In this document: positions 18,108 through 27,022 of the stretch, in pieces | Position numbering within the stretch: position 1 is the first letter of the stretch | Layout of the letters: every line of letters starts with the position of its first letter | Source: a virus | DNA: 64,000 nt | Direction: 5' to 3' (one strand) | Virus record (IMG/VR): IMGVR_UViG_3300008216_002531 | Coordinates: 32,001-96,000 of that record | Notes under the pieces: model-generated | Told to the model about the DNA's origin: nothing | Seen by the model: only the letters and a program-made list of their open reading frames with translations | Database searches by the model: none | Made by a program: the position numbers and the translations under genes

Positions 18108-18889
18108 TAGGCTTCAATCTCCAAAAACCGTTTTGATTTGTCTGGAAATTGCTTTTCCACGTCTTCCAAAATTTCTACAACTCTTGCTAATAGATCTCTT
18201 TGCTTTTTCCCTGAAAAGTTCTTTGTTATATTCTTAATTCTTAAAACTACATATCCAGATTGTAACAGTAGTCCAGATTTATGAGCGTCAGATTTAATTG
18301 TCTTCTGAAGGTTTTCTTCTCCCCATATTGGAAAGAAGTGCGACGGGCCGTCGACCTCGATGGCAACTTTCGAATCTGGGAGGAACAAATCAATTTCTAG
18401 CTTCTGGTTTGCGACGAGACCCATTTTATGAAATATAACACTTCGTCCGGTTTTTGTCAATCCCTTTCTGAGAAATTTTTCCATTTTCGACCCCTCTTTA
18501 GCAGCCCTTCTGACGGCCTCTGCTGCCGCTCTACGGAGATTGGATCGTTCTTCTTCCGACATACCCTCCCATTGTTTTTTAGCCATTTCAGAGCGGTTTA
18601 GCCGCTCCTCATCGCTCATATGGCTCCAATGAGAAAACATCCCCTCGCTAATTTTGATTTTGTCGGCTTCCGATCTCTCGGTTCCTTTTGTTGGATGTTT
18701 ATGTCGTCCACTTTGGATAGCTGTTGCCTGAGCCTTACTTTTGTCTCGTAGTTTTATTCCGAGCCTAACGAGAGTTCTTCTTACTTTGTTTGGGTATGTT
18801 CCCAGAGATTCAGATATTTCATAAGTACTCTTATTCTTTTTTACATACTCGTCCACAATAAACTTTTCTTGATTTTTAGTCAGAGACAT
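18107..18889 (-). CDS. Free-standing homing-endonuclease-like protein: NUMOD3-like repeats plus Vsr/DUF559-type PD-(D/E)xK nuclease
   Basis: N-terminal HTH; repeats SEADKIKISEGM / SDEERLNRSE / SEEERSNLR; C-terminal EIDLFLP..KVAIEVDGPSHF...GYVVLRI. Confidence 0.7.
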   Translation of the reverse strand: MSLTKNQEKFIVDEYVKKNKSTYEISESLGTYPNKVRRTLVRLGIKLRDKSKAQATAIQSGRHKHPTKGTERSEADKIKISEGMFSHWSHMSDEERLNRSEMAKKQWEGMSEEERSNLRRAAAEAVRRAAKEGSKMEKFLRKGLTKTGRSVIFHKMGLVANQKLEIDLFLPDSKVAIEVDGPSHFFPIWGEENLQKTIKSDAHKSGLLLQSGYVVLRIKNITKNFSGKKQRDLLARVVEILEDVEKQFPDKSKRFLEIEA

Positions 18890-19349
18890 TATTAATCACC
18901 TCGTATAGTTGTTTCATATTAAAATCCTCTACCACCCCGTAAACATCCCTGTTACAGTAATTTTTAATAGCCAGAGCGTGCTCCGAGCTTCTAGCTATTA
19001 GTTTAACTTGGGGGTTGTTGAACGCTTTCACCATATATTGGAAATCTTTTCCGTGTGGTCTCATCCATTCAAGATCCCAAACATAAAAGAACTTCTTGGC
19101 GGGGTTTGCTGCTTTTGATAAGTGTAGCGCGGTAGAGGCAGACGTAGCCACCAGAGTTCCATCGAAACTCCAAATTTCATTTATTCCCATTATGGCAAAG
19201 CTTGGCGGAATAATATGATTGGTAATATTTTCTACAAAGGCTACGAAATCGTTATTGCTTTTTTCGCATTCTTCATTAAGCTTAGTAACCACATTAAATG
19301 ATAATTGGGAAGCTCCCAAATCACTAAGCATGACTCCTATTTTTTGCAT
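18876..19349 (-). CDS. Hypothetical protein, possibly a stand-alone GT-B N-terminal-like domain
   Basis: LVATSASTA...KKFFYVWDLEW resembles the N-domain of some GT4 enzymes; end of the glycan cluster. Confidence 0.45.
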   Translation of the reverse strand: MQKIGVMLSDLGASQLSFNVVTKLNEECEKSNNDFVAFVENITNHIIPPSFAIMGINEIWSFDGTLVATSASTALHLSKAANPAKKFFYVWDLEWMRPHGKDFQYMVKAFNNPQVKLIARSSEHALAIKNYCNRDVYGVVEDFNMKQLYEVINNVSD

Positions 19350-19741
19350 ACCATCCTCTCGAATTCGTTTATATCTTCTATATAATCTGATTTATCATAT
19401 TCTGTAGAACACAGGGACAACATTATGTCTGTTCCGGTTTCGTATGTCTGTGAATCCCAAATCATTCTATCAACAAAAACGCTTTCGTGCTGCCTCATTA
19501 CAAGCGTTTCTGTTTTGTAACCATCGTATAAATGAACCGATATTTTCCCTTGCACACAAATCAAAAGTTGTTGTGTTTTATAATGCGCGTGGTGTCCACG
19601 TTGATCTCCCGCTGGAACTCCAGCCACATAGAATACTCTTTTCGGAGCAAAGGTGAGTTCCGAAAAGTCTATGGGCACTAGCGTTCCGTTATCTTCAACG
19701 CACTGCCTTAAGCACCCGTCTAGCTTTACGGACTTGCTCAA
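19337..19741 (-). CDS. fdtA: dTDP-4-keto-6-deoxyhexose 3,4-ketoisomerase (FdtA/QdtA/WxcM-like cupin)
   Basis: G.L...F.PKRVFYV..VP.G..RGHHAH...QLLICVQG...YD..DYI signature. Confidence 0.85.
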   Translation of the reverse strand: MSKSVKLDGCLRQCVEDNGTLVPIDFSELTFAPKRVFYVAGVPAGDQRGHHAHYKTQQLLICVQGKISVHLYDGYKTETLVMRQHESVFVDRMIWDSQTYETGTDIMLSLCSTEYDKSDYIEDINEFERMVCKK

Positions 19742-20648
19742 TTACATACTCCACATTTTCGTTGGTGAGGTTTTCATGAAAAGGAATACTCGCTGTTGTC
19801 TTGGCGTCTTTCTTGGATTTCTTAAAATACTTATACGCGGTTTGTTCTTTATGGGCGTTATAGACAGGGCGTAAGTGACATGCTTGGTAATGTACTCCGC
19901 AGAATATGAGCTTCTCTCGCATCTCATCTATAAAGCTGTCCCTATCCTTAACGTTTATTCTATATAAATGACTGCTCTTATTAGCCTTGTTAAATCCCTT
20001 ATTGTAAGCCTTTCTTATTTCCGCCAATCTTTCGTTCTTTTCTTCTAGCCTGTGCAGGTTTTTTCGAGCGATGTGAGCTTGGATAGAATTCATGTTCATC
20101 TTCCATCCGGGGAATATCAACTCGCGATCCCAAGAGTCGTTCGAGGCTGTTGAACCATTCATAACCGCCTTGCGAAACCAGTCTATCTTCTCCCTATCGT
20201 CAGACACGACCATCCCACCATCACAACTTCCAACCGGCTTTGTAGGGTAGAAGCTAAAAACCATTAAGTCTTCCGGGCTTGCCTCTTTTTTGAATAGATC
20301 TTTTTCAACCTGCTGGGCTGAATCATAAATGGAATAATCTTTAAACATATGCAGCCTGTATACATTTCCGACCCAGCGTGTGTCATCGCGAAAGTTTAGG
20401 TAGTTCCCTGACCTAATGATAGCGTTTGGAACCACTATAGGTATCACGCTAGGTATTGTAACCGTCTCTCCTTTGTTCCACAAGGCAAGAGTGATTAGGC
20501 TGGTGGCACTGTTGGCCGAACAGGCGTAGCCAGCGCCCACATACTTTGCAAACTCCTCTTCAAATTCTGCGACTACTCTATCGTGTAAGAGATGTGAAAA
20601 ATCTCTTGTGTCTATTTTGTAGTCTTCAATGTTGAACAGGCGAATCAT
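19695..20648 (-). CDS. DegT/DnrJ/EryC1/StrS PLP-dependent sugar aminotransferase
   Basis: FEEEFAKYVG, NSATS, DSAQ, FSFYPTK..G..DGGM (PLP lysine), GVHY, SIPFH. Confidence 0.9.
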   Translation of the reverse strand: MIRLFNIEDYKIDTRDFSHLLHDRVVAEFEEEFAKYVGAGYACSANSATSLITLALWNKGETVTIPSVIPIVVPNAIIRSGNYLNFRDDTRWVGNVYRLHMFKDYSIYDSAQQVEKDLFKKEASPEDLMVFSFYPTKPVGSCDGGMVVSDDREKIDWFRKAVMNGSTASNDSWDRELIFPGWKMNMNSIQAHIARKNLHRLEEKNERLAEIRKAYNKGFNKANKSSHLYRINVKDRDSFIDEMREKLIFCGVHYQACHLRPVYNAHKEQTAYKYFKKSKKDAKTTASIPFHENLTNENVEYVIEQVRKARRVLKAVR

Positions 20649-21079
20649 TTGTTTTCTGTTTCCCAGTCCTCCCCAAACGCACCAACCTCTGCTCTTAGCT
20701 CGTCGTTTGGGTCGTACTGTTCTGATAAGTAGTACAACATAATAGATCCGGGTTCCAAGGCTTTGTACCCATGATAGACTCCCGGCGGAATTACCAAGAC
20801 TCTGGGGTTCTTGTCAGATAGATACTCAAACTTTGTGTCGAAGTATTGTCCACCCTCTCCCGGTACTCCCGGTATTTCTTCTGCCAGACCAACCTTGAAT
20901 GACCCTTTAATGCAGAACCAATAGTCTGTCTGGATGTTGTGTTTATGCCACGCTACAACGTGTTGGGTTGAGTTGACATAGGATATGTTGATTTGCCCAC
21001 CATTGAGATATTTAAAGACATTCATCGCCCGTTGAGCGCGGTCATCTTCATGAAACTGAATGTCGTCGAAACTAATCAT
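20645..21079 (-). CDS. rmlC: dTDP-4-dehydrorhamnose 3,5-epimerase-like cupin (RmlC family)
   Basis: HEDDR...QINISY...AWHKH..QTDYW...IPPGVYHGYKAL...Y.P.DE. Start moved to ATG 21079. Confidence 0.75.
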   Translation of the reverse strand: MISFDDIQFHEDDRAQRAMNVFKYLNGGQINISYVNSTQHVVAWHKHNIQTDYWFCIKGSFKVGLAEEIPGVPGEGGQYFDTKFEYLSDKNPRVLVIPPGVYHGYKALEPGSIMLYYLSEQYDPNDELRAEVGAFGEDWETENK

Positions 21080-21083
21080 CCAA

Positions 21084-21704
21084 CTATTCCCTGTCAAGAA
21101 CTGAAAGAGAGTCGGTAATAATATTGTCAAATTCAAAGAGGGTGATAAATCTTACTTCTTCTCTCACTGGATTTAACTCAGCTATGTCGTGATTATCAAG
21201 CCAATACCCAGAATTCGCCCGTCCAACAAAAGCGTCTCTATACACACCCCCACCCTCAAAGCAAACTACGGCTCCGTTGTCTATGTGGGATTGACATTTT
21301 TGCCTCAACAGCTTTATTGTTTGTTGTGTGTTTCCCACATCCACATAGAGGAAATCAAACTCATCTCCTTTAAGGGGCTGTTCCATCCACTGGTAATAAT
21401 CTGCTATCTCAAAGTTGATATATTTTTCAACATCCATCCTATCTATCTCTGAATACAGTCCTATGTGTTCGCTTTTTTTTGTCAAAGGAGCGCTTATAAT
21501 TTGGTTTCCAATATCATAACTAGTTACTGTCCCCTCTCCTCCAGAATCTCTTAGTGCCATTGCCATGCAAACAGCCGTCCACCCGCCAAAACTTCCAAAC
21601 TCTATAATCTTTTTAGATTTGTTTTTTAAAATTAACTCATATAAGGTTTTTCCAATTGTTTCGTCCTCGTAAGAGGAAGGAATTTGGGGGTGTTCCCATG
21701 TCAT
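21084..21704 (-). CDS. Class I SAM-dependent methyltransferase (Methyltransf_24-like)
   Basis: KIIEFGSFGGWTA, VTSYD, FDFLYVD motifs. Confidence 0.75.
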   Translation of the reverse strand: MTWEHPQIPSSYEDETIGKTLYELILKNKSKKIIEFGSFGGWTAVCMAMALRDSGGEGTVTSYDIGNQIISAPLTKKSEHIGLYSEIDRMDVEKYINFEIADYYQWMEQPLKGDEFDFLYVDVGNTQQTIKLLRQKCQSHIDNGAVVCFEGGGVYRDAFVGRANSGYWLDNHDIAELNPVREEVRFITLFEFDNIITDSLSVLDRE

Positions 21705-22402
21705 ATTATGCTTTCTAACTTACTAATATCCATAGAAGAATCCACGCCCATAGCAACATCCTCGACATCTTTGAGGAATGCTTTTCCAACATTTGGGTTC
21801 TCCCGTTGCGCGAATTCGTATACTGTCTCAGCCCTTCCTCCTACGTTTATTATACCCGTCTCGTCCAAAAGTTGCAACGTAATTTTCGCCGCTTCGTCGT
21901 CGTAGATAAAACTCTTGGTTACATCTGCTAGAGCGTTCTTGTGGGGGAACGGCTTGTTTGCCATGCACATTCTCAATATTAGGCTGTTGTCGTAGATGTG
22001 TACAGCGCACTCTCCTCCCAGTTTAGACCATCCGTATTTTGTGAAAGGAAGTAGAGCATCTTCCTCAGAGTAATCACCATCGTCTCCGGGGTAGACGTAA
22101 TCAGTGGAAATGTAAATAAGCTTTATCTTATGCTTCATACAAGACAAGACAACATTACTAGTTCCAACAATATTTGTGGTAATACTGGTATGCGGATTTT
22201 CTTCGTGAAGGGACATGGGTCTGGTTAAGGCCGCAGCATGAATGAAATAGTCTGGCTTGACCATTTCAATAAGATAGTCTACCTGTTCAAGGTTCTGTAC
22301 GTCCATTACGTTCTTGGGGGGCGCGAGAACATCAAAGTCTTTTGACTCTTTCAGCTTGCTGGCAAACTTACCGTCACCGCCTGATACTAATACTGTCTTC
22401 AT
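21701..22402 (-). CDS. rmlD: dTDP-4-dehydrorhamnose reductase-like SDR (RmlD family)
   Basis: VLVSGGDGKFA, FIHAAALT, IYISTDYVY, YGWSKLGGE (YxxxK). Confidence 0.85.
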   Translation of the reverse strand: MKTVLVSGGDGKFASKLKESKDFDVLAPPKNVMDVQNLEQVDYLIEMVKPDYFIHAAALTRPMSLHEENPHTSITTNIVGTSNVVLSCMKHKIKLIYISTDYVYPGDDGDYSEEDALLPFTKYGWSKLGGECAVHIYDNSLILRMCMANKPFPHKNALADVTKSFIYDDEAAKITLQLLDETGIINVGGRAETVYEFAQRENPNVGKAFLKDVEDVAMGVDSSMDISKLESII

Positions 22403-22530
22403 TAGAACTTCCTAGATATTGTCCTTCTTCCCTTGCGGGCTGTGGCCCAGTTTTGTTTTTTTCTCTTCCTACCCCCTCTAGCCACACGCATCCATGCTGG
22501 TTTTCTTTTTCTTGATTTCTTTTTTGTCAT
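22402..22530 (-). CDS. Small, very basic protein (42 aa), not in the ORF track
   Basis: Hand translation MTKKKSRKRKPAWMRVARGGRKRKKQNWATARKGRRTISRKF. ATGA overlap with the upstream stop and TAATG overlap with the downstream start exactly fill the gap. Confidence 0.7.
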   Translation of the reverse strand: MTKKKSRKRKPAWMRVARGGRKRKKQNWATARKGRRTISRKF

Positions 22531-23447
22531 TTGTTTATCCACCCTAGAAGCTTCAGGGTTTTAAAGATTTCGTCAAGCATGTTGTCTTTCGGATAGAAAC
22601 CCCCCGCCTTAAGTCTTTGGTTGCTCACAATATACGAACATTGATTAAGCAGGGGGGTGTCTACCATCTCAATTTCCACGCCCACCATCTTGTCAAGAAA
22701 GTCTACTATGTCCCTAGTTTTTACATTCTCTGTTAGGACGTTATATATTTTATTCCTGTGTCGATCTTCATGAACACCCCTCTTTTTTAGGAAATGGTCA
22801 ATAGCACAACAGGCATCGTTAATTCCTAGATACGGTCTAGCTTTGTCGTAGTTATCTTTCCATACAGTTAGTGGCCGACCTAAAGCCGCCTGATAGCAGA
22901 ATTTATTAACTGCCGTATGGAACCTCATACCGGGACTAGGACCAAAGATAGTGCCAAGTCTGAGTATTAGGTATTTGCAAGATTCGCCCAATCTTTGTTG
23001 AATGGTTTCTTCAATCTCTAGTTTTGATTCTGCATAGGGACTTTGGGGGTTCAGATACTGATCGTCGTCCTCGAACACCACGTCTGCTGACACGCCATAC
23101 ACACTCGTAGAAGATGGGAACACGAATAGCCCTACGCCAGAGTCCTTGCACCTCTTGATGAAGCTCTGAGTGTCCCTGACGTTGACCTTCTCGATCTCCT
23201 TCCTGTTCCCGAAGCTGCTGGCGGCGTCTGTGATTGCTGCCAAATGGATGACGGTGTCTATTCCATCTAGACTAACATCCTTAAATGAACCCTCTATAAA
23301 CTTAACCGGTTGATTAAAGCTAAACAGAGAACAATATCTCTGCGTGAGTAGATTGTCTACTACGGTGACAGAGTAGTCCGGGGCCAGCTTTTTTACCAGC
23401 GCAGATCCTATGTGACCTAACCCGCCAGTGACAAGCACGTTTTTCAT
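22527..23447 (-). CDS. NAD-dependent nucleotide-sugar epimerase/dehydratase (extended SDR)
   Basis: VLVTGGLGHIGS, VIHLAA, SSTSVYG, YAESK, LRLGTIFG. Confidence 0.9.
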   Translation of the reverse strand: MKNVLVTGGLGHIGSALVKKLAPDYSVTVVDNLLTQRYCSLFSFNQPVKFIEGSFKDVSLDGIDTVIHLAAITDAASSFGNRKEIEKVNVRDTQSFIKRCKDSGVGLFVFPSSTSVYGVSADVVFEDDDQYLNPQSPYAESKLEIEETIQQRLGESCKYLILRLGTIFGPSPGMRFHTAVNKFCYQAALGRPLTVWKDNYDKARPYLGINDACCAIDHFLKKRGVHEDRHRNKIYNVLTENVKTRDIVDFLDKMVGVEIEMVDTPLLNQCSYIVSNQRLKAGGFYPKDNMLDEIFKTLKLLGWINK

Positions 23448-24640
23448 ACGTTGGCCGGTTCCCCTCTACAAACACGCACTTCTGGGACGTGTGTGATAAA
23501 TTGCCCACCACGTCTCAGGAACTTGCTTTCCTTCTTTGTGATCTCTTCCAGATAATTCCACGCTCCTAAGAAAGCATAATCCACGGAGTCGTCAAACCCT
23601 TCCTCTGGAGATACCACTGGGATGTGTACGCCGGGAGACAGCTTACCCTGTTTGTCCGGGGTTGTATCTGTAATGTAGTCAATCAAGTCCGGGCCAACTC
23701 CACAGTAATTAAATACAGACGTGGACTTGGAGGTAGCGCCATAACTTATAATTTTATTTCCACCATCCTTAATGTCGTGTAGAAGCTCTAGCAGCTTTGT
23801 TTTGGAGTTTTTTACTCTCTTGGCAAAGGCGGTGTAAGTTTTCACCTCGTTTAGACCGGCCAAGTTTTCCTGTTCTAGCTCTAACTCTAAGGCTCCATCG
23901 TGTGGGTGTGGGCCTCCCTCCTTTTGTGCGTAGATTCTATTAGACCCACCGTGGACCTGCGTTTTGTCTATACTAAAAATTTCCATTCCCGCTTCTTTTA
24001 ACAGATTGTTTAAAGCCGTTACAGAAAATATGTGGGCGTGTTCATCATAAATTTGATCGTATGAATTTCTCTCAATCATTTCTAATAGAGAAGGGTCTTC
24101 AAAGATAAAGACGCCATTGTCGTCTAGGGCAAAATATATAGCTTCAAGAGTTTCTTTGATATTTGGGATATGGCAGATGCAGTTTGCAGAATATATTGTA
24201 TAGAACCTTCCGTGCCTACCCACTATTTCTACAGAAAGCTTATTGTTCCAGAAATCACTATAGGTCATAAATCCCATTTGTCTAGTAAATTCAGCAAAGT
24301 TTTCACAAGGCTCAATACCCATTCCGTGGGCTATACCAAAGTGTCTTAGAAATGTACCGTCATTGCTTCCAATCTCTAAAACTCTATCAGGGCCAAATCT
24401 TTCCTGTATCATTTTTGCCGTTTCTTTAAAATGTTTAATCATAGTTTTAGAGCTAGACGTATTATATACATAGCTATCATTAAACATCAATATCGGATCA
24501 ACAAAATCCATGTGAGAAACAAGCTTAGTTTCTTTATCGAAACCAACATTTAGATCGTAGAAGAATTCATCTTGGTCTTCGCCGGGGGTGATAAATGCAT
24601 TTGCTATCGGCTGTTTGCCAAGGCTTAAGAATTTTTTCAT
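23444..24640 (-). CDS. NDP-hexose C-methyltransferase (TcaB9/EvaC-like)
   Basis: LG.QPIANAF, VLEIGSNDG, HIP, YDQIYDEH, HGGSNR, YGATSK, DTTPDKQGK.SPG.HIP, LGAWNY..EI. Confidence 0.9.
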   Translation of the reverse strand: MKKFLSLGKQPIANAFITPGEDQDEFFYDLNVGFDKETKLVSHMDFVDPILMFNDSYVYNTSSSKTMIKHFKETAKMIQERFGPDRVLEIGSNDGTFLRHFGIAHGMGIEPCENFAEFTRQMGFMTYSDFWNNKLSVEIVGRHGRFYTIYSANCICHIPNIKETLEAIYFALDDNGVFIFEDPSLLEMIERNSYDQIYDEHAHIFSVTALNNLLKEAGMEIFSIDKTQVHGGSNRIYAQKEGGPHPHDGALELELEQENLAGLNEVKTYTAFAKRVKNSKTKLLELLHDIKDGGNKIISYGATSKSTSVFNYCGVGPDLIDYITDTTPDKQGKLSPGVHIPVVSPEEGFDDSVDYAFLGAWNYLEEITKKESKFLRRGGQFITHVPEVRVCRGEPANV

Positions 24641-25662
24641 ACTTTATCCGCCATAGTCCAGTTAACAAAGGTTTCTTTTGGTGCTTCAATAGCGCACATT
24701 CCACAAACGCTATTCCTTACATCGTAGCTCAGATAAACCGATTGCACCGGCAAGTCATAATCCAAAGAATAAACATGGACAGAAGCCGGTGACGTTCCTA
24801 CAATCACATGATCCTTAGTTAGTACCATGCCTCTGGTATACCCGACTCTAGCATGATCGTCATAAGAGAAGTTTGTGATCGGCTTCGGATATGCTGGAGT
24901 CCTCCAGTGTTTTACTAATTCGTTATCTACCTGATAGGAGGTGTCACTTTCAACAGACCTATTAAACACAACACCATCTTTCCAAGGTTGCGCATTATGG
25001 GTCATGGGAAAATGCAACTTTTGAGCTAGATGTTGAAGGCTTTTTATATTTAAAGCGTATAAATGATCCACTTTAGATCCAGAATAGTACAGCCAGTCAT
25101 CATGTATGGATAAGCTATCTAAGTGCATCGTGTCATCTTTAGGGAGCATCTCCCACTTGGGTATAGTAGGATCGTTTTCGTCTGCAATTACATCTCCACT
25201 CTCGTCAAACACAGGAACCATTGGTGACTCTGTGTCGAAAACTCCCACCGGCTTATTCAGAGTAGTTTTGAGACCAAACAGCCACTCTCTGGTCTTCAGG
25301 TCAAAAATCATAATTACGTCATATTCATTTGATATACTAAAGAGCATATCTTTGTATATGCATATTTCATGTGTTCCCGCAAGCAAGTTGTGTCTATATT
25401 GTCTGACAAGCTCGTAATCTTTATTGAAGACAAATATAGCCCTTGCTCCAGCGGCGTAAAGCTCACCCCCATAAAAGGCCAGTCCTCTCAGCCCCCTGTC
25501 TCCCCCGCCGCTATCCCAATTGATGTGGTCGTACTTCCAATCAAGGACTTGTTCGTATGATCCTTGTTCTAGGTCTACGACATACAAACCCCCGTGGCTA
25601 TCCCCCCTGTTGGTAGACCTTATCACTGAAGATACTAAAATTTTGGGTAATTCACTCATCAC
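24637..25662 (-). CDS. Hypothetical beta-propeller-like protein
   Basis: Repeated short strands with RGLRGLAF, HEI, HLDSL, HNA, YTRGM motifs, as in propeller-type proteins found in glycan loci. Confidence 0.5.
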   Translation of the reverse strand: MMSELPKILVSSVIRSTNRGDSHGGLYVVDLEQGSYEQVLDWKYDHINWDSGGGDRGLRGLAFYGGELYAAGARAIFVFNKDYELVRQYRHNLLAGTHEICIYKDMLFSISNEYDVIMIFDLKTREWLFGLKTTLNKPVGVFDTESPMVPVFDESGDVIADENDPTIPKWEMLPKDDTMHLDSLSIHDDWLYYSGSKVDHLYALNIKSLQHLAQKLHFPMTHNAQPWKDGVVFNRSVESDTSYQVDNELVKHWRTPAYPKPITNFSYDDHARVGYTRGMVLTKDHVIVGTSPASVHVYSLDYDLPVQSVYLSYDVRNSVCGMCAIEAPKETFVNWTMADKV

Positions 25663-26188
25663 TAAAGACTATCCCTCTGGTTCTTAGAGCTTTTATATTG
25701 TTGTTATCGCAGTGTTCCAATAGAGGGTCTACATAGTCTGAATACAATTTAGAAGGAGACACTCCGTTATTTATCAGCGATGTGTGCAAATCGTCGTGAT
25801 CTATCATAATGATTTTTTCTGTCTTTATACCAGACATTATTTCGTCAATGTTTTCTACTCCAGCAATACTTTCAATTTTGGGAACAAGAATTGGCCGGGC
25901 GCCAAACATCTGGTAGTTATCTAGCTGGGAAGATTTTTCCACGTTCGAAATAGCAAGATATCTTACATTTACCCTTTCGGTAAAGAGGGGATATAGCTTT
26001 TCTAAGCTGTACTTGTTGCTTGGGGGTTTTGTTCTTCCAGACGGGATATCAATAAAAAAGTCGTTGGGGTAACTGTCAAGATTTTCTATTAGATCATCAA
26101 GGGAAAATGTCCATGCTAGATTTACCCGTATCACGTAGTGATCAGGTATCTTCATGTAGTTTCTAAGATTATTAGATATTAGTATCAT
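25652..26188 (-). CDS. Minimal pyruvate kinase/HpcH aldolase-like TIM-barrel protein
   Basis: IRVNLAW, IDIP.GR.K, LAISNVE, LVPKIES..GVENIDEI, IMIDHDDL parallel the PK motifs RLNFSH, SFVR, AKIE...N.DEI, MVARGDL. Confidence 0.6.
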   Translation of the reverse strand: MILISNNLRNYMKIPDHYVIRVNLAWTFSLDDLIENLDSYPNDFFIDIPSGRTKPPSNKYSLEKLYPLFTERVNVRYLAISNVEKSSQLDNYQMFGARPILVPKIESIAGVENIDEIMSGIKTEKIIMIDHDDLHTSLINNGVSPSKLYSDYVDPLLEHCDNNNIKALRTRGIVFSDE

Positions 26189-26910
26189 GCCTTAACCATA
26201 ACAACTACAGAATCATAAAAATGCATTGACTCTAAGCTAGCGTTAATTCCATCGATAGGTTCAATTACTTTAGCATGAATATAAGGATTGTCGGAATTCT
26301 TAAGTTCCATGTATTCCGCATAGTCAGCGTCCCACATTGTATCCCTGCCCGTGTGTATTGCGTGTAGGTTATCAATAAACGACTTTAATAGATCCACGGT
26401 GGTGATCTGGATCTGACCGGGCGATTGAACCTTCATGTTGGGACCATGGATGCTTCCACCAAAGTGTGCCCAATAAGAAGTATGAGTGTCTTCAATAATG
26501 TACTGGCCCTCTGGGTTGACAGAGTTCCACAGCAAGAGAACTGAGTTGATTTGTTGATACATCTGGTGGCCACCGCTATCGATAATAATATCGAATCCAC
26601 CTCCGGTTTCTTCTAGAAAAGAGGCGATAAAATCTGGATCACCTTGATCCCCAATGTGAACCTCAACCCTCTCTTCTTCGAACTCCTTGCACTCTGGTCT
26701 AATATCCATGGCAAAGATCTCAGCATTGGGAAAGTACTCTTTCCACATCTTGACACAGCCGCCCTTGCCGATCCCGATCAACAAGAATCTGATCTTCTCT
26801 TGTCTAACTTCCGCAAAGAATTTATCGTAAACCTCCGTATAATGCAGTACGGGGGCTTCAAGCATCGTGTGATCGGGGGTGTCCAGAGCTATCTCCTTCA
26901 GGCTCTTCAT
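26185..26910 (-). CDS. Class I SAM-dependent (sugar O-)methyltransferase
   Basis: HY..VYDKFF, LLIGIGKGG, W..YFPNA.I..MDI, GDQ.D, FDIIIDSGGH, YIIEDTHTSYW. Confidence 0.85.
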   Translation of the reverse strand: MKSLKEIALDTPDHTMLEAPVLHYTEVYDKFFAEVRQEKIRFLLIGIGKGGCVKMWKEYFPNAEIFAMDIRPECKEFEEERVEVHIGDQGDPDFIASFLEETGGGFDIIIDSGGHQMYQQINSVLLLWNSVNPEGQYIIEDTHTSYWAHFGGSIHGPNMKVQSPGQIQITTVDLLKSFIDNLHAIHTGRDTMWDADYAEYMELKNSDNPYIHAKVIEPIDGINASLESMHFYDSVVVMVKA

Positions 26911-27022
26911 CTGTTTCTTCCTTTGGCTTTGGAATAATAATTTTAGGATCGTGTTTGTGGTATTCTATATGTGGTAGTGGATGGATTTTATCCATATACT
27001 TTTTTACGTCTTCTGGATTCAT
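26858..27022 (-). CDS. Small hypothetical protein (54 aa), not in the ORF track
   Basis: Hand translation MNPEDVKKYMDKIHPLPHIEYHKHDPKIIIPKPKEETDEEPEGDSSGHPRSHDA. ATGA overlap with the upstream stop at 27019; fills an otherwise empty gap but overlaps the next gene by 53 nt. Confidence 0.45.
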   Translation of the reverse strand: MNPEDVKKYMDKIHPLPHIEYHKHDPKIIIPKPKEETDEEPEGDSSGHPRSHDA

